NCBI GenBank assembly: GCA_021613535.1
Contig: CP075495.1
Coordinates: 12,462,001 to 12,526,000 of the forward strand
Length of the DNA stretch: 64,000 nucleotides
Direction: 5' to 3'
Source: Adineta vaga
Taxonomy: Eukaryota; Animalia; Rotifera
Shown here: positions 1 through 13,755 of the stretch, one piece after another
Position numbering within the stretch: position 1 is the stretch's first letter
How the letters are laid out: each line of letters starts with the position of its first letter
Notes under the pieces: generated by a model
What the model was told of the DNA's origin: nothing
What the model saw: the letters and a program-made list of their open reading frames with translations, nothing else
The model's database searches: none
Position numbers and translations under genes: made by a program

Positions 1-1311
1 ATTTCATGTGTATTTTATTCTTGTAATCTCTAATCTTAAACTAAGAGAAAAAGGTCAACATAATTTCGAAATATTTTCTTCTCTTCATGGATTTGATCAA
101 AGTACTTGATTGTCATTGCTGTATGATCACATGCCTTCGCTTTTTTATTATCTATCTTTCACTATTTAAATAGAAGACATTGACTGTCATCAGTAAAAAT
201 AAATCTTCGACCAAGGATACATTATTTATATCATTAATAAATTCCTAGATCGTATCCACAGAGGTTTTTCTTGACAGTTTTTTTCTTCTATTTATATTCG
301 ATTATGCTATCTAAATGAATAATGAAGAAGATACGAGCCGAAATCTAGAATAAAGACTGTATTTGATTGCATATTTTTTGTCAATCTTTATAGAATTATT
401 CAATATTTGATGATAAAACAACGAATAAATTAAAAAAGTCGTCGATGAGAAACAAGAAACAAAAGCTCTACTGATATAAAAAAGTATTATTTACGATTTT
501 ATTATTATTAATTTATCAGATAATGTCATAAAGAAAATGAACTAATTTGACGTATTGAAAATATCTTTAGATATGCATATATTGGAACCTATTATCATTG
601 AAATAATAAACTATAGAAACAAATAATATAGGTATCAGCTTGAAATTTAAGATCGAGTTATATTTAACTGTACTTGGCCGAAACCTTTTGAGTTAGTGAA
701 CATGTGTTACATTTAATTTGTTTAAGTATATTGATCTGCATATTTTCATACTGGTTACAACGACGCAAATCTTATGATTATACTAAATGAGTTTATTTCG
801 GAGATGCATTGATGTGTCGACATATCTGATATCGTGCTAGTTAGAATACATTGGTGTAGATCTAACTATCAGCTGTAATATCCCAAAGTAGAAGACGAAG
901 ACAGAATAGGCAATATAATGATCTTATCTTGTGCAATAAGCAAAACAAAAATTCGATGATTACCTATGTAATAGTTTCATTAATTTCCTTTTAGATTGAC
1001 TATAGAAAAGAAAAAAAAAATCCTCGATGATTTTTTATGCTTCATTGCTTTAGACATTGACGAACTTTATCAATTATTTGAATCAGTAAGAAATATTAAA
1101 GTTGCTTAGTAGGCTTTTTCAATGAAATTTTTTCAACTTATATTTTTAAAATAACAAAATATTTATATAAATAATTTCTAACGATCAATCGAGTATTTAT
1201 TATACATCGCTTAGTAATGACTATATACAAGCAGCTAAAAGTTGCTATTTATATAGATATAAAATGAGTGTGAAAGAAATGTTGATTTGATCTATTTTAT
1301 TCATTTTAGAT

Positions 1312-2440
1312 ATGGGTAATAGTAGTGGATCGACTCATCTTTCTAATGATCTTATTAATACACGATTACCAGTGACAGATGATATATTTAAAGTTGATAA
1401 TATCAATTCCTGCGGTCGAAAACATGCAGTAGCAAAACTTCAAGTATCAAATAATAATTTATGTATTCGACAAAAACATCGACAATCATTATATATTCCA
1501 TTAGAAACAATAAAACGTTACGGTTTAGATGGTTCAATCTTTATTCTCGAATGTGGACGACGCGCACCACTTGGACAAGCACGATATGCATTTCGTTGTA
1601 AACAAGCACGTCGTCTTGTTGATTGTCTTGATCAACGTATATCTCTTCGATCAAAACAATTATTAGAACAACAACGACGAAGTACAATTCTACCATCATC
1701 ACCATTAACAAATGCGTCACCAAACTCAAATCCTCGACGACGTCGAACTCAATCTGATCACGGTATATCTCGTCGTGCACCATCATCAATTCTTTTTTCA
1801 ACATCATCATCTACATCCGTTTCTTTCAATTCAAGAGCCACATTTTCATGTCGAAACTCTGTACCAAATTTATCGGAAAACTATCTTCCATTTAATACAC
1901 TTCCTTGTGATGATCATGACGATGATGAAGAAGAAGCACAACAACAACAGCAAGAAAGACTGTTTTCGGCAAAACTTAAACAACCTCTTGATAAAACGCT
2001 CGATCAAGAATTGAATTATGTAGAATTTAAACCAGAATCATTTAAATTCTCGATTGATGAAGAAGGTAATATGAAATTGATAAAAATATATAAATATAAT
2101 TTTTTACGCTTTTTCATCTCAAGATTTATCACCAGTATTGAACGTACCAATCATCCGTCCAGAAGATGTAGATTTAGAATCAACGAAACAATCTCCTACA
2201 CAACAACCACGTAAACGATCACTTTTATCAGTATTTAATAATCATCAACAAAAATCAAATAAAACTGTAACAGTCAATCAAATCAATTCATCAGCAATCT
2301 CTTCGATGAAATCTGAATCATCGTCGACAACAACAACAACACCGTATGTTTATATAGATCATGAGAAAACGGTAACATTAACAGATATAGCAAATAAACG
2401 ATTGCAACATCAGCAACAAGTGCGTCGCGTTGAAATATAG
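1312..2440 (+). CDS. FRS2: FRS2/FRS3-like FGFR substrate adaptor (IRS-type PTB domain), 2 exons
   Basis: N-terminal MGNSS myristoylation-like start. PTB motifs IKRYGLDG, FILECGRRAPLGQARYAFRCKQA. GT-AG intron 2066-2123 joins ORF 1312 to ORF 2138-2440. Tyr motifs LNYVEF and YVYIDHEKT resemble the FRS2 C-terminal docking sites. Confidence 0.8.
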
Positions 2441-2923
2441 TCAAATCATATAATCTAATTTCTATACTATCAAGTTTGATGTGTAACATATATAAATTTT
2501 CATATCGTTCAGCATAGTTTATTGGAAAATATTCATAGTAATTCTTATGATAATATATGTGCATTACGATTTATTTATCATTATATTATACAATTATAGG
2601 AAAGTGTTCTTTTTTTATTGAAATGAAACATAATAAATTTTAATCAGGAGTAATTTCTAATTCAGATTCAAATAACATGAACGTATTCTCAGAAAAGTTA
2701 TACGTCACCCTCAAGTTTCAATCTAGCTTTATAACCGAATTTAATACAAACTTTATCGTAAATAAGACAACACAAAGTTTATTATGAAATCAATGATAGA
2801 TTATGGATAATGACAAAGAAAGAAACAAATCAATTGTATTACAAAATTATTCATATATCTGATTACATCACACAGGATCATATTTTAAACATAATTTGCA
2901 TTAATCGAGATAACTTGAAGTTT

Positions 2924-3677
<754 letters not shown>

Positions 3678-3756
3678 AATGAAATGAAAATATCTAAAAT
3701 ATGATTATTGAGAAGATTTATTTTCTTCGAGATTCTTTTCAAAAATCTGATTAAAA

Positions 3757-4645
3757 TTAAAGAATTGACAACGAATTTGTAACAGAAATAAAAGCTAAAT
3801 CAGTAACGAATATTGCATGTGAATAATTCTTAGATAATAAAATTAAACCATTTGTTTCATAGATTCGTACACAATCTACTGCACCACCAACGGATAGATC
3901 GAACAATAAATCGTTGGTGTTTATTTTCAGGCCATTGAATAATAGAACTTTTGCATCTATCAATCAATGTGTTTGAGGTACAAGACTAGTACATAGAAAA
4001 ACATTTTAGATTCGATGATGCAATACCAAAACGAACATGATGAATACGATAGAACGGTTTTCGTGAAGTTGTACATTTATTTTCACCAAATTGATGTAGA
4101 TCAAGTTGACTATGTCTATTAAATGGTGATGAACATTGACGAACGTGAACATGATAATCTCGTGATACACTTACTAACCATGTTCTCAACGGATCAATTG
4201 TTAAATCATCAATTTCTTTCTCATGTGCTGTCAATGAAGTGTCATAGATGACCGACGTTTTAAATTTCTTATATCGGATGCTGAAGAATTTTTTCTTGAT
4301 CGTATCGATGTTGATAACGATGTTACATCGAGCATATTCGATGTTGATGGAGGTGTCGGTGGTAGCGTAATATGCAACAGATCAGCATCAGGATCAGTTT
4401 CAGATGCTTTGAACACAATTACTTTTAAATGATGATTAAATGCTAATATTAAATATTCATGTTGTTTACGTATATAAACCATATGCATTACACTATCATG
4501 TTGAGAAAAACTATTAACATTTGGTACTGAAGATTTTGGATTATTCGGATTCGATGATTGATTTAAATGAATCCATTTTAAATCTACACCATTATCAATA
4601 TCAGTTTTTGCTCTGCCACCACCATACCAGCAATGGCTATCTCAT
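3757..4645 (-). pseudogene. PREB: PREB/SEC12 (Sar1 GEF, WD40) pseudogene
   Basis: K-loop-like GGGRAKTDIDNGV, then AHEKEIDDLTIDP..LVSVSRD, YRIHHVRFG and SHAIFVTDLAF, all matching PREB. The motifs lie in different frames with stops (4231, 3986), blades are missing, and there is no C-terminal TM segment. Confidence 0.75.
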
Positions 4646-4821
4646 ACCTCAAGATTTCAATGGTTGAATCTAAATAAATTCTTAGAGAATCAAAACAATG
4701 AAAAATTGTTTTTTTTTTCTTCAATTATTTTCACGTAGCTTGAAAAAATCAAAACAAATAAATATATCACATAAAAATTCAGGAATATGTTGGACAATAA
4801 ATAAAATGACAAACTGGGTCA

Positions 4822-7219
4822 TTACTTAAAATTACGTACAAATGAATCAAAAATAGAAGAACTTTTGTTTTTCAAAAAATCAATTGAACTACTCATTAAA
4901 GTTGAGTGTTGTTGACTTGAAGTAGATGGTAATGAATCAGTTTGATCAGAAACCGATGGATCATTAGGAATGTAATTATCTTTCATTTGAAAAGTAAAAC
5001 GATATTTGATTTATTCATAAATTAAAAGAAAGATCTAATATTACTTACCTTGTGATACTGCTTCCCATTCATAATTATTTAATAGATCTGCCTCATCATT
5101 ATCATTTATATCATCATCGAACCAATATTCGTTCATAAATGATGTACGACTTATATCCTTTACATCATTTTCAATTTTATCAATATAATTTTGAGGCCAA
5201 AGAATTGGTCTCTGTCTAGAGATTTATTAATCAATTGAATGAAAAAAATTCGAATAGAAATTAACTTACCGACTAGGATATCTTTCCAATCGAAGTAATT
5301 TGAACAAATTTTCCAATGTATAACTTACATTATTCAATTCAATGGGAATACCTTGTGATAAACAACTACTGATAATATTTGCATTTAATTTTGCTATATT
5401 TGCACGAAGACAATCAATTGTTAGATTGTTTGTATTAAATTCTCTGAAATAAAAAAAGAAACAAATTGAATAAGATTTTCTTGTTAGTCATGTCTTACAA
5501 TTGATGTAAACGAAATGGAAGATTTATATGAAGATATACGGCGATAATATTTATCAATTGACAAGCGTGTGAGAGTCCGGATATAACTTCATATAAATCA
5601 TGTGATACTGATGTTCGAGGAGAATCAGGTTCATGTATATCATTATCAATATTGCATAGTGAAAGTACTAAATATTAAAGACATAAATATTACGAATTTA
5701 ATTTAAAACAAGTAATGGCTATTATACAAAAAAATCTCAATATATATTTTCACAGCAGAATAAAGTCTGTTATTTGAAAGAAATTACAAAACATATGGTA
5801 TGTTGTTATCTATAAGAATGTTATTTTCAAATTTATAAACTTGATAAATAGAAGAAAACAAACTTATAAATAATGTGATATGTCTACTTATTGTCAAAAA
5901 TGGTTTTCTTCCTTCTCCTCCTCTGCGGAGTTACCGAATTTCCTATGTTTTACTACTTCAACTCAATTTTAGATGTAAAATATACCAAATGAGATATGAA
6001 TCAAACACTTTCATGATGTGCCTATGTTTCTTGTTAAAATTAAGCTTTAATTTTCATGAAAGTGAATTATTAGTTACATACGACTATCAATTCGATAATC
6101 TCCATTCTTTGATAGATGTGATCGTACAATTCGATATCTATAATCTTGAATATTTAATATTTCTTGTTGCTCTACTTGTTCCTCATTCGTTCCATCACTA
6201 GTTGATAATTGTGCTTGTAATAAATCTTTAATTCTTGTTGCAAGATCACTAAAATACGTGCAAATGTGATATATAATGACTAAACAAGTATTTCTTTCTT
6301 ACTCTTCCATAGCTGAAACTTCTTCGATGGGAAAAATGTATTTTGATAATTCATCAAGTTGTTCACGACGAATTTTATTTAATTTATTCGTGTGTTTTAT
6401 TAATGAATGAATTCTTTTTCCAATATCTTCTTTGGTTAATTCCATAGTATTCTTGATATCATTTGATTCTGTTTTTATCGTTTGAATTTGATTACGAATC
6501 GTATTGATACGTTGAAGAGTTTCGATTTTCAATTGTTTTTCTAAAATAAAACAAAGATTGCAAGTTGAAATCGAGAAAAATTCAAGATAAATGTACTTCG
6601 TTCAATTTGTTCTTGAAAGATGTTTATCTTGTTACGAATTAGATGTAGACGAGCTTTTCGTACTTGAATTTCATCTGACTAAAATCAAACAATGAAAACA
6701 TTAACAATCAATAATGATCTTCTTTACCATTTGATGAATTTCAATGGACTGTTGAACTTTCGTTTCATATCTAATCAATAAAAAATTAGTAAATGGAATC
6801 ATTATCAAATGATCTTACTCCAATTGTAGAATTTGTTTTTCGGATCGAAATTTTTTCAACAAAAACATTCTATCAGAACATCGAAGATGGTATGTTTTAT
6901 TCTTGGAATATTGTAGAAATTCATCATAATCAGTCTTGTTTAATAATTTGAGCAAAAATTCTCGTTTTTTATGAGAACATGTTTCATGATTCGATGGACA
7001 AAAATCACCGGAATTTACACATGTTGAACATGTTAAGATTGGATTACCACGACGTTTATGACATGTATCACATTTATATGAGAAGTTTTTGAAATTTTCT
7101 TCTCCTTTATTTTCATTTGTATCTCCAGAAGAATTTTCTCGATAAACTGAGAAAAAAAACTGATTTGGTGATGGTATCAATGGTGTATCATCATTGGTAT
7201 CATCCTCATCATGATCCAT
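4822..7219 (-). CDS. ATG14: ATG14/Barkor (Beclin-1-associated autophagy regulator), multi-exon
   Basis: N-terminal CDTCHKRR..LTCSTCVNSGDF cysteine motif, coiled coil, YIFPIEEV, LSKNGDY, ISGLSHACQLINIIAVYLHINLP, EWEAV, and a C-terminal amphipathic helix ending SSIFDSFVRNFK. Stop at 4822-4824. Confidence 0.88.
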
Positions 7220-7357
7220 AATTGAAATCTGTAAACAACATTAAAAAAGAAAAAATATAATACCATCAATAAATTTCCTTTTGAAATAAAGAACAAGAAC
7301 ATATGTGATTATGAACATTTTATTATTAGTATTATTATAATTAGTCAATGAATTGGA

Positions 7358-8755
7358 TTAGACACTATCTGGTATAGGAAAATGACTAAGAAGTTGAGTA
7401 ATCGTGGAATTTTTCTTGCTATTTTGTGGTGTATGTGATAAAAATGCTCGACGTTCTTCTTCACTTGTTCGCTGACCAATACGTTCACCCATTCGAACAA
7501 GTGTTTCCATGGAATTCTTTGAATTATGATGTAAATCATCATCCCATTTTATCATTCCAGCTTTGAAAACAATTACAACTGTACTACCACCATATGCAAA
7601 ATAACCTAAAGATATCAAAGAAAAAGAAGAGATATATTTTATAATTTAAAATAAAAATATCTGACCAAGTTCATCGCCTTTTTCGATTGTTTGACATGGT
7701 GTAACAGTGAAATTAACTGAACCAACAAGTAAAGCTCCTATAGCAACGAAAACAACTTTTTCAAAATAATCACTATTGATTGTAATAACTGTTCTTTGAT
7801 TTCTTGTTAAAACATCTAATTGTTCTTGTATAGCAATTGGATTAACTGTGTAATAAGTTCCTGAAATTTTCTTCATTTGTTCTCCAATTGTACCGCGAAT
7901 GGGCGAATGAAATCGATGATAATCAACAGGCGCTAAACGAAAGATTGCTATGGAACCACCATCAAATTCTTTTGCCAATGTTTCGTTTTCAAATAAATAT
8001 CGAAGAGAAAATTGATGACCTTTGATCCAAATACGAGTTGCTTCCGATATATTATCAAATGTTATTAAACGACAATCAGCAGCTGATACAACAACATTTG
8101 GTTCATTGAGAGCAGCAATAGGTCGTGCATCAGCTTTTAATTTACGATAGAAAAATTCATTAAATGTAAAATATGCTGAAAGATTGGGTTCAAGTAATTC
8201 ATTTAAATCAATTTGATACATTTTAACGAAGCCAGGAATATGTTTACGTGATTTTGGTTCATCAAATGCTTCGCCTAAACGTAATGTTTCACGTGCAAAA
8301 AAGTTTCTTATCGTACTCGTATGTAATAATTCACGTTGAACAGGTCCACTGAATAATAAACGCATACCATGTTTATGATAAGATGGCATCTGTTCATAGA
8401 TTAAACGATTTGTACGACGATCGAGAACTTTAAAAGCATATCTCATGCCTTGATTATCTTCATATTTGAATAAACTTGCTGGTAAGTCATATTCTAAATC
8501 ATGTTTTATTGTTTCTTGTGTTGGTGCAATTGAACGAAGAAGAAAACCGAAATAATCTTGTGGATTTGGAATATTTTCTCCTGGAGTTGATTCTATCGAA
8601 CATGTTTGATCAATCATTTCGGACAGTGCTGTTTGTGCTTGAGATATATCTTCATCATCCATATCGTTCAGTAATTCCGATAGATTATTGATTGAAACAG
8701 TATCTGTTGAATCATTGCCATTTGTTATAATTCTATTGGCATCCATTTCCTCCAT
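7358..8755 (-). CDS. Phosphatidylserine decarboxylase, Psd2/GGST type, 2 exons
   Basis: TFNEFFYRKLKADARPI, VVSAADCR, IFRLAPVDYHRFHSP, YYTVNPIA, IGALLVGS. A 60 nt intron (7665-7606) joins to GYFAYGGSTVV, the self-cleavage site. Confidence 0.93.
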
Positions 8756-9518
8756 TGTTCAATCTAAGTATGGATATTCAGTCAGGTTTCTTTACTTTTT
8801 CTTTCTGTTGAAAATGTAATTGTTTTTCTCAATGAGATGAAAATATATAATGAGCTTTTTAGCATATACCAAAATGGAGCCATATTTCCGCTTCGAAACT
8901 CCCACAATATGCATCACAGCTGCCGTCTATTTGAAAAAAAGAAAATAATTTTTCAAATTTTTTTCTCTTAACTACTTTTTAATAATGAAAAGAAATGTTC
9001 ATAATCTTTGAAATAGTTTGTTATACTTTTGCTAAAGAAAAAGAAAAAGAAAAACGAGAAACAAATTCATGCATTACAATAAATACGTTGATTTAATCTT
9101 GGTTTATACGCATAAAAATGTAAAATCAATGAACTAGTAGGGAAAGAGAATGAATTTTTTTTTCAGAAAAAAAAATAACACAGAAAAGTTTATCGGTTCC
9201 TTTTTATGTCAAAAAAACGTTTAAGAGAGAAAGAAGAAAACATCTGAAGTAGTCAACAAATAGCTAATGGTATAAATGTGTTTTACTCGTGTCATTGATA
9301 ATCTAGGAAATAGGTATCATTAGAAAAAGAAAACATGAAAAAAAAACTCAAGGACCGGATTAGAATTAAACACAGAAAACGAAGAATCATTCGAATAACA
9401 AAGAACTTGAAAAGAATGTATTAAAACAGGCATCATTAACGAAAAAACATTTTCTTTCTTCATAAAAACTACTGTTGGATATTCTATCGCAAAAACATTG
9501 ATCAACTTAAATTTTCTT

Positions 9519-10222
9519 CTAATGAATAAGTGTTTGTTCAGGTGTTGAAGAAAAATTCAAAGCATTTTTTGTAGATGATGAGACAAATGTTGCAGTCGTA
9601 TTGGTTAATTCAGCACAAAGATCTTGGAAGAATTGATCAGTTTCGTCGTACGAATTGATTTCTGACATTGAATGGAGATTCTGATTCGAATCATGTTGAT
9701 TAGTTTCGTTGAAATGAAAATTATCTGTCGGTACATTTTGTCGTCTTTCAGCACCGATTGCACGTTTTAGCAAAACATTAACATCTGAGGTTTCATCAAG
9801 ATTCATTGTATCATATGTGGAAATTTGACTATCTAACTGACTATTCTCAACACTATTAAATAGATCGGATTCAATATCCATATCATCAGCACAATTTGTA
9901 TCGATATCAAGTATCCAAGAATTACTATTGGTGGTTAGATCATTATTATTGCTCTCATGAGAATATGTCGGAACGAAATCTTGTTCATAGTGATTTGTTG
10001 GAAGTTGGTGATTTTCAATCGTTTTTAAAAAACGCCATACTAATAATCGATCACGTAACGAAGCTTCAGTTGGACGATGATGTTGGCTTATTGTTGAGCG
10101 TTGTAACTGGAAAAATATAAAATAAAATAAATCTTCCATATACTTTATGTAAATATAAACAAACACACCTTCTCATAGGATAATAAAATATACAATTGCA
10201 TTAATTCTGTTGAATTGTTCAT
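9519..10222 (-). CDS. SERTA-domain-like protein, 2 exons
   Basis: Exon 1 (10222-~10169, MNNSTELMQLYILLSYEK) splices to exon 2 at 10106, giving LSYEKLQ...EASLRDRLLVWRFLKTIE (SERTA-like), followed by an acidic low-complexity tail. Confidence 0.6.
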
Positions 10223-11011
10223 AGTATGTGCAATAATAATAAATCAAGAAAAATTATATGCAACAATCTAAAATAAATGAAGAAGTAGTGCTTATATTTA
10301 AACTCAATTGCATAAGAATAATGTAAAAATCTTGTGAAATAATCAAATTAGTCATGTTGGAAGAAGATTTCTACCTACATGACTATGAATCATTCTAGAA
10401 AGAAGAGAGAAGAAAAGAGAGACAAAAAAGATGCACATCTGATCCGACCTTTCCTTTCCTTAATCAAGACGCAGACAAGGGAGAAGTTTTATCCACTGAG
10501 AAAATTCGAATAGATAAAAAATTGTAGTTTGTTTTTCACAATTTTTTTTCGTTGGAAAATCATATAACGAAACGTTCTTTTGTATAATTTTAATGCATAA
10601 TGAAATAAAGCAATGCATCAATGCACTTTGATACTATTTGATTGTTATGACAACTGAATGTAGAAAACATTTGAAATGAGAACACGATTGAATTCAATGT
10701 TTGATAGAATAAGAAACAAGGTTTGTTCATTTATTTATATGAAATAAATTAGAATAGTTTAATTTTCAGGATTTAATTAAGCAGTGCACAAGTTTCTTCA
10801 TTGAAAATGTTTAGTGAAATGCAAGAGAGTTTCTTTTGTCTAACTAGAAGTACATTTTCTTTTTGATTTCTTTCATAAATTTAAAAAGAAATTACATGTA
10901 GAGATATCTTTGAGAAATAATTTGTATCTTTTAAAAATTGATGATTATTCATCTTTAAAAATAAATGTTAGCTTTATTTAGAAGTAAATTCCATTCCATA
11001 TATTCTTCATA

Positions 11012-12093
11012 ATGTCAACGATCACCTATCCAGATATTATCCATAAAAAAGAGGTTCCTGAAAAATTCAAGTAAATACTTATTCATTAATTTAAATATTC
11101 AATTTCTTCCTCATTCAAATTCAATCTAGTCCAAACAGTTATCGAATCATACATGAAGATATACCCGAACATGAAAGTATTCCATCGTGGTATGGTCACA
11201 CTCATCCTCCACCACTTTATACTGAACCACGTCCTGATCAATTACCTGCACAAGCATCCGAACCACGAAATAATCCTCATGCTGCTCGTAAAGTTGATAT
11301 GGTGTTTACCAATGCTGCTACGTTTAATGCACCATTTGGCATTATTAAAACTGATAATGTACAACGAGAAGAATCATGTTGGTGGGATTGGTCACAACCA
11401 AAAGGAGATACCTATGGACCAGGAGTAAGAACACAAGATGATTGGAAAAAAATACAAGAAAGTTCATATCGAAATGCATTTACAACTGCTGGCGTTATTG
11501 GATCATATGCTAAGAAAAATTCACGTTATTCATCCAATCCACAACATATACGTACAGTTGGAGTTGGTATGTATAATTTAGAAAAATTTATTCGACATCC
11601 TTTCTATTACGTTTTAGTACCCATCACTGATTTTAAACCCGATAATCTTCAATCAGTGAATCAAAAACTTAGTGAAGGAATCTCATTTGAACAACAATAT
11701 AATAGTCGAAGTGCAACAAACTATCCTCTTCGTGGAAGAGTATGTCTTGAAAATTGATTTTCATTCCAACTCTAATCCCTTTTCATTATATAGCGACATG
11801 GAGCTTTTATTATCAAAGAGCAAAAATCTGAAGAAAAACCAATGGAAAGACCTGATTTTCTATCATCAGGGAAAATGGAACGACCTTCAAGTATGTGGGA
11901 TTTACTTCATCCAAAAGAAGATGTTCGTGGACAACTAGGACATAATCCATATAAATATCGCCGTCCATTACCACAAATAAAACGACCACCAGATTACGGG
12001 CAAGTTTGGCAAACAGCACCTTATGCAAATGATTATCAATTCAATTATTCATGTTCACAACCAACTGCTACGAGACAGATTAATTTTGATTGA
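11012..12093 (+). CDS. C2orf73: C2orf73/CIMIP6-like ciliary microtubule inner protein, multi-exon
   Basis: Spliced product contains FTNAATFNAP..WW, VGVVP and ISFEQQYNSR..NYPLRGR|RHGAF, matching the remembered C2orf73 motif ISFxHQYDxR..P.xGKRHGAF. Confidence 0.65.
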
Positions 12094-12292
12094 TTAACGA
12101 AAAATTTCTTTTTTTTCCATTTAGTCAGATGTTTATTTCCATTTTAACGAGTTCTTCTTTCTCATTATGCGATTTTCATATTTTTTTCTCATACATGAAT
12201 CATTTCTTTATTCATATATTCCAAAAAAGAAAAAAGATAAACGAATTTTTATTTTGATCATTTTTTCAGATTATTTCATCGTTTCTCTTGTC

Positions 12293-13722
12293 ATGGATCT
12301 TTCACAATCATCTACAACATTAAAAGCTCTATTTGATCCAACGATGGGAAATCTCACAGCAGGTCTTGAAAGTGTTCAATTGGATAAAATATGTCCCGGA
12401 GGTTTTACAAATTTATTTACTCAATTACGTCGTCGTTCAAATCTTTTAACAGCAACACATATTGCTTATGCATGTTATTTTGTTGCCTTAGCTAATCGTA
12501 TCAAGTAAATGATTAACAAAAACTAAAACAAATCTCATTTACTTCTTATTTCATTATACACAACTACATCATAGACGTACAGGCGATAAATTAAAGGAAA
12601 CACCAGGAAAAAAACGAAGTCATCGTCTTATGGCAGAATTACATCGAGAAATGGGCTTTAAAATTGGTCTCATTGGTGTAGGACGTATTGGACATTTACT
12701 CGCGAAATTTCTTCTACAATATGGTGATGTATATCCAAATGAATTATATCTAGTATGTATTCATTTTCGACCAAGATTAATCTTTTCAAAATATATATTT
12801 ATATTTATTTCTTTTCTATTTAGTCAAGTCGACAAGCTGATCTTTTAAGTATGTAGTAGTAATAATAATTTCAAAAAAAACTTTTTCTAATCGAAAAGAA
12901 GAATCTTTTAGCTGATATGATTGATAGTGGTGTGGCATTTTGTAAATTTAATAATGCTTATATTGTTGAACAATGTGATATTGTGTTTCTTTGTGTTGCA
13001 CCACATCATGTTCGTTATGTTATTGATGATATTCGTGATCGGATTAAATCACATGTGTTAATTTATACACTTGTTCTTGGTTATCCAGCCTTAAAACTAG
13101 CTTCTCTATTACAACATACACATTTTATTAAACCATCCTATCAATTAAATTTACGTCTTGATGATGATGAATCATTATGGCCATTAGCAAATGATATGGA
13201 AACAATTTTTGGAAATGATACATTAATGAAAAGAATTAGTGTAGAAAATGAGGATCAAAATGGTAAAAAAAGAAAGAATTGATTTTAGAAATCTAATATT
13301 TTCGAAGTGTTATGATTGTTATAGATAGTCTAGTTCGAGATGATGATTTTATTCCATCACTATTCTATGCTCTATTGAATATTCTTAAACAAAATACGAC
13401 ATTAAATCGTTTAGAATCATTAAGAGTTGTTTCAGCATCTTTATTCAACAATCCCGATCTTGATTTAATTATCGATGAATTTAAACAACCGGAAACGAAG
13501 AAGACAACAATAACAAATGAGTAGGAGATTTTCTCTTTATTTTCATTATTTTCAGAAGAAATTTATTTGAATTCTAGATATTTTTCTGAATATGATCTTG
13601 TTCATTTACAAAAAGAAGCATTTATTATTCGAAATTTACTCGATAATAATTCTAATCTACGTCAATTATTCTCAGATACATTTATATCACATTATACTCA
13701 AATAAAACCAAACCATTCGTAG
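12293..13722 (+). CDS. NOXRED1: NADP-dependent oxidoreductase domain-containing protein 1 (P5CR-like), multi-exon
   Basis: Rossmann motif KIGLIGVGRIG, CDIVFLCVAPHH, and N-terminal LESVQL...LRRRS region. Short GT-AG introns join ORFs 12293/12630/12917/13312. Stop at 13720-13722. Confidence 0.8.
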
Positions 13723-13755
13723 ACATTGAGAAGAAAAACAACAAGAATGAATTAT

